Made by a program: the position numbers and the translations under genes | DNA from: Eubacteriales bacterium | Lineage (GTDB): Bacteria > Bacillota > Clostridia > Oscillospirales > CAG-272 | Direction of reading: 5' to 3' | DNA: 64,000 nt | Assembly (NCBI GenBank): GCA_045632405.1 | Contig: JAZQWO010000029.1 | Location: forward strand, 17,614-81,613 | Shown here: piece after piece, positions 35,063 through 43,476 of the stretch | How positions within the stretch are numbered: position 1 is the first letter of the stretch | Layout of the letters: every line of letters starts with the position of its first letter | The notes under the pieces: model-generated | What the model was told of the DNA's origin: nothing | Databases searched by the model: none | What the model saw: only the letters and a program-made list of their open reading frames with translations

Positions 35063-37333
35063 TTAATTAAAGTTGGATGTGCTATAAACCTTACCGTTGT
35101 CAGTAACTACTGCAAGAACGCATCCCTTGAGTCCCTTAGCGTTCCAGTCACAAAGAGCAAGCTCTACTGTAAGGGTGGCGCTAGTTTCACCCTCTGCAAA
35201 GAACTGCTCGAGCCATGCATACTGAGTTGCGCTACCGGAATAGAGAAGCACGCCACCAACGTAGAAGGTTACGTTAGTATATGAGCCTTGTTGCTTTGAC
35301 ACCTTTTCAACCGTTGCTGTAACTACGTAAACGTTTGTAGTTGCTTCAGGTGTATCAACAACCGAGGCAATAGCGTTAATTTCCTCTCCCGTGATAAATG
35401 AATTGGTGGAGTAATCATGATTTCCGTAATAGTTTGCAAGGATAACCGCGTTATCAATTACTATTTGTCCACCGCCGTCCTTTGTTATAGTTCTTGTGCC
35501 CTTAACTACAACCTCGTCGCCGATTGACAAGCCATCCATTATTTCGTTAGTGCCACGAACAGGAATTGCGCCGTTTTCGGAAATAAGATAGAATGTTCCC
35601 TTTTGGTTAACAGCTGAAGGACCAACAATACCCTTGACAGTTACCTCTGTGTTATTTTCAGCTACGATAGCCTCGCCGACAGTGATGCTATCGTATCCCT
35701 CTTGAGCCTCTACAATGATTGTGATGCTTCTTTCAAAGTCGTTTACACCTGTGTAGCTGCCCTTAACTGTTACTGTTACCTCGCCTGCAGAAAGTGTCTT
35801 GAAATAAGTCTTTCCGTCCTCTGTGATAATTGTGGCAACAGCATTGTTGGAAACGGTGTAGCTTAATACCGCGCCCTCAAAGCCAAGAAGCTCTGATGAA
35901 GCAGATGTAGGAAGCTCAATCTCTGCATTCACCATATATGAATTTTCAAAAGAAGGAGCACCTACATAGTCAACTGCATATTTTGGAGCATCTGCATTAT
36001 CAAATACGTAATTTTCATAGATTACCTCAACAGGGATAAATCTCCAAATGCATCCTGCAGCTGATGACTTTGCGTTTATGCAGGAAAGATAAACCGTACA
36101 GATTTTGCCGTCGAATGTATTGAGCCAAGCAAAATCGCTACCGTTACACTGCGTATAGGTGTACGAGCCTGTTACACCGTCAAGATCGTTGATATAGTAA
36201 TTAACGAAGCCTGAGCCTGGAGCCTTTGTAACAAGAGCGGTTACCTTATAAATAGTAGTGGTAAAGTTTTCAGCATCATAAGGAGTTTCCATCATTTCCT
36301 TTACAGTGCTTTCTGTTATCCATGATTTATCAAATTCGTTATTACCGTTATCGTTATCTACCAAGGTTGCATCTGTAAGCTGACAGCAGCCCTGATAACC
36401 GAATTTATTAGCGTTGTTTTGCTCTGTGTCAAGGATCCAATAATCCTTTCTTGCACATACTGTAACCTTGTTGCCCTCTTTTACTCTTTGAGCAGCATCT
36501 GAATCGTAAACATAAATTGAATTTGTTTCATCTACAAGATAAAATCCGCATGGCTTCAGGCCAAATGCGTAAAGAACCTTAGCAACAACACCGTCAACCT
36601 TAACAAGCGCGTCCTTTTCTGCTTCTCTTGCACTGTTAATTGACATTTCGGTGTAGTTGGAGCTATCAAAATCATCTGTCTTAGATACAAAATCGATGAT
36701 CCAACCGCTATTAATTTCGATTGTGCCTTGGTAGTTTTTGAGGTTACCGTATATGATTACCTCATCGCCACGGTATGGAACGCTTTCCATTTCGGAATAA
36801 CGGAGAGCTCCGTCTGCACTGTATGTGCCGTACACGTAAATTGTGCCTGTACTGTCGCTTATATTCATTGTGCCGTACTGAGCATTTTCAATAGAGTCAA
36901 TTGTCGCGCGAATGTAGTAGCGCTCAGCGGTCACCTGTCCGTCTGCGATATCAAATGCAAGAGCCTCTTCAATTGTTATGTAATCGTAATCGAATTTCGC
37001 ATAAGCCGTCATATCATTTTCAATTACAGTATCCTTGTTAAAGGGAACTGTAAATGCTTCATCATCAAACCAACCTAAAAATTTCTTGTCTGTCTTTTCG
37101 GGATCAGCAGGCATATCCCATGATTTGCCTTCGGTTACGTCAACGGTAGCATATGTGCTTCCGTCAACCGTAAATGTGATTTTGTAGCTTTTAGCTGGGA
37201 CATCAGTGTCAGTTGTGTTAGTACCTGTTGACACGTCTGTGGCATCCGGCTCATCTGTGTTTCCGCCGCAGGCAGAAAAAATCATAACTGCCATAAGGAG
37301 CAACGCAAGGAGAAAAATTCGTCTGAGTTTCAT
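35063..37333 (-). CDS. Large lipoprotein: Listeria-Bacteroides repeat, four OB-fold-like modules and one Big_2-like Ig domain
   Basis: ATG at 37333 follows AGAGGTG. Lipobox IFSACGG. KFLGWFDDEAFTVPF...MTAYAKF is a flg_new-type repeat. A recurring pattern resembles ..V.V.G.V......G.FYL.D..G.I.VY. SAGEVTVTVKGSY looks Big_2-like. Confidence 0.7.
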   Translation of the reverse strand: MKLRRIFLLALLLMAVMIFSACGGNTDEPDATDVSTGTNTTDTDVPAKSYKITFTVDGSTYATVDVTEGKSWDMPADPEKTDKKFLGWFDDEAFTVPFNKDTVIENDMTAYAKFDYDYITIEEALAFDIADGQVTAERYYIRATIDSIENAQYGTMNISDSTGTIYVYGTYSADGALRYSEMESVPYRGDEVIIYGNLKNYQGTIEINSGWIIDFVSKTDDFDSSNYTEMSINSAREAEKDALVKVDGVVAKVLYAFGLKPCGFYLVDETNSIYVYDSDAAQRVKEGNKVTVCARKDYWILDTEQNNANKFGYQGCCQLTDATLVDNDNGNNEFDKSWITESTVKEMMETPYDAENFTTTIYKVTALVTKAPGSGFVNYYINDLDGVTGSYTYTQCNGSDFAWLNTFDGKICTVYLSCINAKSSAAGCIWRFIPVEVIYENYVFDNADAPKYAVDYVGAPSFENSYMVNAEIELPTSASSELLGFEGAVLSYTVSNNAVATIITEDGKTYFKTLSAGEVTVTVKGSYTGVNDFERSITIIVEAQEGYDSITVGEAIVAENNTEVTVKGIVGPSAVNQKGTFYLISENGAIPVRGTNEIMDGLSIGDEVVVKGTRTITKDGGGQIVIDNAVILANYYGNHDYSTNSFITGEEINAIASVVDTPEATTNVYVVTATVEKVSKQQGSYTNVTFYVGGVLLYSGSATQYAWLEQFFAEGETSATLTVELALCDWNAKGLKGCVLAVVTDNGKVYSTSNFN

Positions 37334-37418
37334 AATACACCTCTTCTTCAAAAAATTTTTAAGAGCATAAAATACCCTTAAAGTGCACCGCTGGAATTTG
37401 AAATCTCGGCGCTTTTTA

Positions 37419-37447
37419 ATTATATCATAGTGAAAAAGTCAAGTCAA
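37419..37447 (-). promoter_or_regulatory. Sigma-A type promoter of the 35063-37333 gene
   Basis: On the minus strand: TTGACT, 17 nt, TATAAT. Confidence 0.55.
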
Positions 37448-37510
37448 TAAAACCACACTTTTGTCGAAAAGTGTGGTCGAATTTATTCTATTTAGGAGTC
37501 ATTAACGAAA

Positions 37511-37723
37511 TTATATTAAAATTTTGTTGTAGCTACTTATTTTAATGAAAATTCGTAATGTGTAAAGTCCCCATATAAACAACAACAAGGACACACTCAA
37601 TGATGCAGCCGCCACGTCTTCGCCTCTGATGGCGAAAAATGATGCAAGCATATTTGTTGCATGGTTAGCACCAAAATTGAAAACAGTTACCACGCAACCG
37701 GTATTGTTAATTATTTTCATCAT
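37511..37723 (-). CDS. Small hydrophobic protein (70 aa), unknown function
   Basis: It has its own RBS (AGAGGGG) and its own downstream terminator hairpin CCACACTTTT/AAAAGTGTGG at 37451-37480. One C-terminal TM helix. Confidence 0.45.
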   Translation of the reverse strand: MMKIINNTGCVVTVFNFGANHATNMLASFFAIRGEDVAAASLSVSLLLFIWGLYTLRIFIKISSYNKILI

Positions 37724-37876
37724 TGCCGCCCCTCTAAATTTCCTGCCGTAAGTTTAACACACCGAGGGAAAACTGTCAAGCAACCTGTAGTTGATTTGGC
37801 AAAACTGAACAAATTCCTTTGTGAAAGCAAGGTGAAAAAAGTGTAAATTTTGTGAAAGTTGCCGAGTGGGATTTCG

Positions 37877-37906
37877 TTGACTTTTTCCCCTTAAATATAG
37901 TATAAT
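37877..37906 (+). promoter_or_regulatory. Candidate promoter of the 37951 gene
   Basis: TTGACT (37877-82), 18 nt, TATAAT (37901-06). Confidence 0.5.
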
Positions 37907-37950
37907 TATATAAGAAGAACAGAATTTGCTATGCGAAAGGATTATTAACA

Positions 37951-40900
37951 ATGAAACGCAAAATTTTATTGATGTTTACGGTTGTTCTTATGCTTGCCTT
38001 TGCCTTGTGCGTTAATGCGCAGACGAGTGATGGCGGAATGGAAGATATATTTGAACTGAAGGGATATTCACTTAGTCCTGACGGCACAGGTATTTCAGCA
38101 GGCTTTATTTTGAATTACGATGCTAAGGATGCGTATGAAGCAGAGCTTGGCAAATCGGTTGATATCGGTGTTGTTTTCGCATCATATGACGAGCTTGGCG
38201 CCAAAAATCCTCTTGACGAGAATGGAAATCCGCGTGAGCTTGATGAAAGCTACGTATTCAAGTTTTCCTTGAACGATTATGACTACATAACCTATAACTT
38301 TAATTTGACAGATCTTACAGAGAAGCTGTATGCTCACAAGTTTGTTATCTCTCCGTATGTATTTGACGGCGAGAATGTTTACTACTTTAATGAGGACGGT
38401 GTGAGCGCAGAGGCAACAGGTATTTCCTACGAGGAAATTTACAAGCTTGTTCACGACCACACATTTAACAGTGTTGCTTCTCCTGAGTATTTGGCATCAA
38501 GCCCAAGCTGTACGGAAAATGCAACATACTACAAATCCTGTCAAGGATGCGGCGCGATTTCCGATGAGCGCTTCGAGGCGCAGAGCACAGCCCTTGGCCA
38601 TGTGCCGACGGTACTAAGTGCAGTTGCTCCAAATTGCACACAGAGTGGCTTGACCGAAGGCTCATACTGTAAAGCATGTAACAAGGTGCTTGTTGCACAA
38701 ACAACAGTTCCTTCTGCAGGACACAATTATGTGTATTCAGCAAGCAAATCTACCACCCCTACCTTGAACGCGGCAGGCAAGAAGGTTAGCGTTTGCGCAG
38801 GCTGTAACGGAACAACAACTCAAACGGTAAGTAGGCTTACTGCAACAAAGGTTACAAAAGACCAAATATATAATGTAGAAACAGGCAAATTCAATCCGGC
38901 TATCAATAACATCTGGAAGGTTTTTGACGGAGATATTGTTTCGCAGGGTATCTATACACCTGGTAACGACTGGTTTGGTAACGTTGGTGATGTTTTGACA
39001 ATTACGTTGGATCAAGAAATGTATCTTTCTTCCTTATACGTGTATATCTCGGGCAACTATACTAAGGCGAAGATCACTGTCAAAAATGCCGACGGCGTGG
39101 TGACTGCATCAAATACTGTATTAGCGAACGCGGGTGAATACACCGGTAACGGAACAAAAACTGAGGCTTTCGCAAACAAAAATATATTGGCATATACAAT
39201 TGAAGTTGAAATAACAGAGCTTAAGTGGGGAAGTGCAAAAACATTTAAGCTTGCTGAAATGGAAATTTTTGCAGCGGATATTGATTTGAGCTTCAATCAT
39301 ACACACGTTTACAGAGAATTTGTGGAGCAGGATGCGGCTCCAACCTGTACAAGAGCAGGACTTGAAACACGTGCTTGCTACTGTGGCGAGGAAAAAGAAT
39401 TTGTACTTGAAACACTAGAGCACAATTACAGTACACTTTCTTACAGAAAAGAGGCAACCTGCACAATAGACGGTAAAGAGGTTTATTTCTGTGAGTGCGG
39501 AGCATCAAAGGATGTTGCACTTGCAGCACCTGGACATATTTACGAAAGGTTTATTCGCTATTCCCTTGAGCCTGCATATGGCTATGACGGTGCGGCTATT
39601 TATCAGTGCGTAGGCTGTAGCGCAAGAGAAGAAAGAGCAGTGCCAATGTTGGCGCTTGAAGAACTGAAATATGTTCGTGTAGCAGAAATCAACGGCACAA
39701 CCGTTACATTGAAATTCAATATTGCACATTCACCCGCAAGCTATGAAATTAGATATAGCAAGAATGAAATCACAAGCGCTAATTTCCAAAATGCAACATT
39801 GGTTAGCGCAACAGTAACAGGTGAGCGCGAAATGACAGCTGTGTTTAATCTGGATGCAAGCTTGAACAATGGCTACTATGTAGCAATCAGACCTTATGTA
39901 GGCGAAAACGTTGGTGAGGTTTACTCCATAAGAGTTGGCGGAAATCAGCTTATTCCTATTGATTACAGTGATGCAAGAGTATACCACGGTGAAACACTTG
40001 CAAGCTTTGTAAAGATGTTTGACGAGCAGTATGGCTACAACAGTACACCGTCATCCGTTTTGGGCAGAATCTTTACAGATAAAAACGATACGCTTCTTTA
40101 CGGCATGTCACTTGCTCCAATTGTTGACCTTGAATATATGCACTATGTAAGTGATGTTTACGTTTACTTTAATGCAGCAAGTGCTGGAAAGACTGTAAAG
40201 GTCAGATGGTCAAGGACTCCAGTTGATTTCCAGGCAGAGGATGGTGCGTGGGATGGTCACTGTATAATTACCTCCTCCGAAGGCTGGAGATATGTTCCAA
40301 TTTCACAGGAAACAAGATATATTCAAATTGTATTTGAGGATGGCTTTGCTCCTTCTGAAATGCTTATTTACGGCTATCAGAGTGCGGAGGGCGACAAGAT
40401 TACCTTGACAGAGCGCGAAAACCCAACAATTGGTGATATGATGGGTATGTGCGGCTTTGTTGCAGGCGGTGGCGGTAATACTCCTATTGATTCCGTTATT
40501 TGCTCAACAGTGTTGAGAGAGTACCACAACTTCGGTTGGTCATATGATGCGAACTCATACGCAGGCAAGCCGTCATTTATCAGATCAAGCTGGTTTGACT
40601 TTGACGTTGCGTATAGAGATTATACTAAAGCGGGCTTGAATGTTATCCCTTGTATTCAGTGGAATTTGGAAAGGGATTCTATATGCAATAAGGTTGACTC
40701 AAACAATATGCCTATCATTGAAAATGATGCATTTTCAAGAGGAAACTTCTTCGATAAGTTCAACCCATACACATACTTTACATATGCGGACAGTATGTTT
40801 GCACTTGCTGCAAGATACGGCTCTAACAACTCAGCGGCACTTGCTGAAATTGCGGCTCAGCGTACTAACGCATCACAGGCGGTAGGTCTTGGCTACATCA

Positions 40901-41919
40901 AGTGGATGGAGCTTGGCAACGAGCCTGACGGTTCATGGAACGGTGTTCACAATTACTATTCTGCATATCAATATGCTGCACTTTTGTCCGCAGGCTATGA
41001 CGGACATTGCGGCACAATTCAGTCAAGTGTCCTTGATGGTGTTAACCACTTTGGTGTAAAATCAGCAGACCCTAATATGGGCGTTGCTATGGCAGGTATT
41101 GCAGCGGCAGACTGTAACTATGTAAATTCAATTAACTATTGGATGAGAGCAAACCGTCTTGACGGCAAGATTGCTTATGATGCCTTTAACGGACACCATT
41201 ATATGACAAAGCAGGTTGTTATTGAGGGTAACACATTCACAGTGGGTGCAAGCCCTGAGGAAGGTAAACTCAAAGAGGTTATGTCTAACTTTGTTAACTT
41301 GAGAGATAAGTATTATAGTGACAAAGAGGTTTGGATAACTGAGTTCGGTTGGGATACTAACCAAAGCTACGCAACAGAAACCTCAGCACATGCATACGGT
41401 AACTACACAGGCAGACAGGTACAGGCAATGTGGCTCACCCGTGCATACTTGCTCTTGTCATCCGCTGGTGTTGATAAAGCAACAATGTATATGTGCGAGG
41501 ACGGAGGCATTGAAGCAGAAAGTAGCGGTAAATATGGCACCTGCGGTGTTATCGGCTATGAAAAGGATGCTAACGGAAATTTGGTAGAGGTTAAGAAGGA
41601 TTCTTACTACTATATGTACACCTTGAAGAACACTCTTGGTGAATTCCGCTTCAACCGCGAAATTACCGCTTATGATGAAAACGTAATGATTTACGAATAC
41701 GTTTCAGACGACGGAAGAACAGCATATGCTGTATGGTGCAAGACATCTGACGGTACAACATCCGATAACTATCAGCTGAGAATTGGCGCTGACAGCGCAA
41801 CTCTCGTTGAAGCAGTTTACGGTGATATTGACGGTGTTGAAACCAAGCTTACAAGCGACGATGTTGGTTGTGTAAGCATCAATGTTTCTGAAAACCCTGT
41901 TTACGTAGTAATTGACTAA
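37951..41919 (+). CDS. 1322-aa secreted multidomain protein with a C-terminal clan GH-A-like glycoside hydrolase domain
   Basis: Signal peptide. Shared module at aa 31-165. Cys/His repeats PxCT..G.....CxxC........GH. Two jelly-roll/discoidin-like segments. Catalytic-type motifs WMELGNEPDG (40903-40931) and VWITEFGWD (41326-41355). Confidence 0.75.
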   Translation: MKRKILLMFTVVLMLAFALCVNAQTSDGGMEDIFELKGYSLSPDGTGISAGFILNYDAKDAYEAELGKSVDIGVVFASYDELGAKNPLDENGNPRELDESYVFKFSLNDYDYITYNFNLTDLTEKLYAHKFVISPYVFDGENVYYFNEDGVSAEATGISYEEIYKLVHDHTFNSVASPEYLASSPSCTENATYYKSCQGCGAISDERFEAQSTALGHVPTVLSAVAPNCTQSGLTEGSYCKACNKVLVAQTTVPSAGHNYVYSASKSTTPTLNAAGKKVSVCAGCNGTTTQTVSRLTATKVTKDQIYNVETGKFNPAINNIWKVFDGDIVSQGIYTPGNDWFGNVGDVLTITLDQEMYLSSLYVYISGNYTKAKITVKNADGVVTASNTVLANAGEYTGNGTKTEAFANKNILAYTIEVEITELKWGSAKTFKLAEMEIFAADIDLSFNHTHVYREFVEQDAAPTCTRAGLETRACYCGEEKEFVLETLEHNYSTLSYRKEATCTIDGKEVYFCECGASKDVALAAPGHIYERFIRYSLEPAYGYDGAAIYQCVGCSAREERAVPMLALEELKYVRVAEINGTTVTLKFNIAHSPASYEIRYSKNEITSANFQNATLVSATVTGEREMTAVFNLDASLNNGYYVAIRPYVGENVGEVYSIRVGGNQLIPIDYSDARVYHGETLASFVKMFDEQYGYNSTPSSVLGRIFTDKNDTLLYGMSLAPIVDLEYMHYVSDVYVYFNAASAGKTVKVRWSRTPVDFQAEDGAWDGHCIITSSEGWRYVPISQETRYIQIVFEDGFAPSEMLIYGYQSAEGDKITLTERENPTIGDMMGMCGFVAGGGGNTPIDSVICSTVLREYHNFGWSYDANSYAGKPSFIRSSWFDFDVAYRDYTKAGLNVIPCIQWNLERDSICNKVDSNNMPIIENDAFSRGNFFDKFNPYTYFTYADSMFALAARYGSNNSAALAEIAAQRTNASQAVGLGYIKWMELGNEPDGSWNGVHNYYSAYQYAALLSAGYDGHCGTIQSSVLDGVNHFGVKSADPNMGVAMAGIAAADCNYVNSINYWMRANRLDGKIAYDAFNGHHYMTKQVVIEGNTFTVGASPEEGKLKEVMSNFVNLRDKYYSDKEVWITEFGWDTNQSYATETSAHAYGNYTGRQVQAMWLTRAYLLLSSAGVDKATMYMCEDGGIEAESSGKYGTCGVIGYEKDANGNLVEVKKDSYYYMYTLKNTLGEFRFNREITAYDENVMIYEYVSDDGRTAYAVWCKTSDGTTSDNYQLRIGADSATLVEAVYGDIDGVETKLTSDDVGCVSINVSENPVYVVID

Positions 41920-41929
41920 AACAATATGA

Positions 41930-41958
41930 AAAAGTCGAACCTCGGTTCGACTTTTTTC
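41930..41958 (+). terminator. Rho-independent terminator (AAGTCGAAC family)
   Basis: AAAAGTCGAAC ctcg GTTCGACTTTT followed by a T run. Confidence 0.8.
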
Positions 41959-42045
41959 TTAAATATAATTGATATTTTGTCCCCAAACATAGCAAAATAT
42001 GCTACAATATATATAATAGCATTTTGAGTTCACATAGGAGAAACA

Positions 42046-42699
42046 ATGAAATTCGGAGAGAAAATTAAAGCCTTAAGGGTGAAGAATAATTTGACACAGG
42101 AGCGGTTAGCATCACAGCTTTATGTGTCGCGCACCGCTGTATCCAAATGGGAGAGCGACAGGGGATATCCTAATATAGATTCATTAAAGGACATAGCAAA
42201 GCTATTTAATGTCACAGTGGATGAGCTGCTATCCAATGAAGAAATAATAGATATTGCTAAAAAAGAAAATATTTCAAACGTTAAATCCTCGAAAAGACTG
42301 ATATTTGCGCTTCTGGATTTAATTAGCATTCTTTTGATATTTTTGCCACTTTATGCACACAGGGCGGAGGATTTTATATATTCTGTTTCACTAATTAGTG
42401 CAAATGGAATAGGCTTTATAGCTAAAATATGCTTTATTATCATTCTTTCGTTGCTTTCTTTGGTGGGCGTTTTGGAGTTGATTTTTTGCTTTGTTGACGG
42501 CAAAAGGATGCAAAGGCTATTGCAAATATTGTCAGTTGCAGTGCAAACCGTTTCCATTTTATTTTTCGCCCTTTCAAAGCAGGCGTATTTAACCACCGTG
42601 GTTTTCATTTTATTTTCCATTAAACTCGTAGCACTGTTTGTGAATGTTACTAAAAGTGTCAAGGAAAATTGCAACTGTGACAGTAAGTTTCTTGATTAA
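42046..42699 (+). CDS. Membrane-tethered XRE-family transcriptional regulator
   Basis: HTH IKALRVKNNLTQERLASQLYVSRTAVSKWE followed by about 4 TM helices. Confidence 0.75.
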   Translation: MKFGEKIKALRVKNNLTQERLASQLYVSRTAVSKWESDRGYPNIDSLKDIAKLFNVTVDELLSNEEIIDIAKKENISNVKSSKRLIFALLDLISILLIFLPLYAHRAEDFIYSVSLISANGIGFIAKICFIIILSLLSLVGVLELIFCFVDGKRMQRLLQILSVAVQTVSILFFALSKQAYLTTVVFILFSIKLVALFVNVTKSVKENCNCDSKFLD

Positions 42700-42752
42700 C
42701 TGATACATTTGTAATAAACTCGGAGTAGGCGAATGCCGAAAGGAGAATTATT

Positions 42753-43403
42753 ATGAATAAAAACAAAAGGAAATTTTTACTCAGCACCATTTTAGTCATT
42801 TTATCAATCATATTTACCGTTTTAGTTAAGCTGGTGGATGTTGGCACTTGCGGTGAAACTAACACAGAGGTCGGCTTTTCCCACATTAATCAATTTGTAT
42901 TTGATTTAACAGGAGTCCATATGGTGTGGTATCATATTACAGACTGGTTAGGTCTTGTGCCAATTGCTATGTGCTTTGTGTATGCTTTTATTGGGCTTTT
43001 TCAGTGGATTAAGCGAAGACACCCTTTAAAGGTGGACAGAGAAATTTTGGCGTTGGGTGTATTTTACATTGTCACATTGTCCGTTTATATATTCTTTGAG
43101 AATATTATCTTTAATTATAGACCTGTTTTTATAAACGGATTTTTAGAGGCATCTTATCCATCGTCACATACGGTGATGGCGCTTTGCCTTTGTATCAGCT
43201 CCATTATGGTAAACAAAAGGCTGTATAAAAGCAAGCTTTCCAAGGCTATGAATATAATATCCGCCGTTATCGTTGCGGTGACAGTTTTGGGAAGGCTGAT
43301 TTCTGGCGTACATTGGTTTACTGACATTTTGGGTGGCGTTATTATATCGTCAGCCTTGCTGATGTGCTATTATTCCGTAATTTCCGCAGAATCTGAACGG
43401 TAA
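42753..43403 (+). CDS. PAP2-family membrane phosphatase
   Basis: Acid phosphatase motifs SYPSSHT and GRLISGVHWFTDILGG in a polytopic membrane protein. Confidence 0.8.
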   Translation: MNKNKRKFLLSTILVILSIIFTVLVKLVDVGTCGETNTEVGFSHINQFVFDLTGVHMVWYHITDWLGLVPIAMCFVYAFIGLFQWIKRRHPLKVDREILALGVFYIVTLSVYIFFENIIFNYRPVFINGFLEASYPSSHTVMALCLCISSIMVNKRLYKSKLSKAMNIISAVIVAVTVLGRLISGVHWFTDILGGVIISSALLMCYYSVISAESER

Positions 43404-43476
43404 TTTCTTGTTTGTATTGTAATAGCAAGCTGTGTTGTGATATAATTTTAATATAATTTGGAAAGGAAATAATCTA

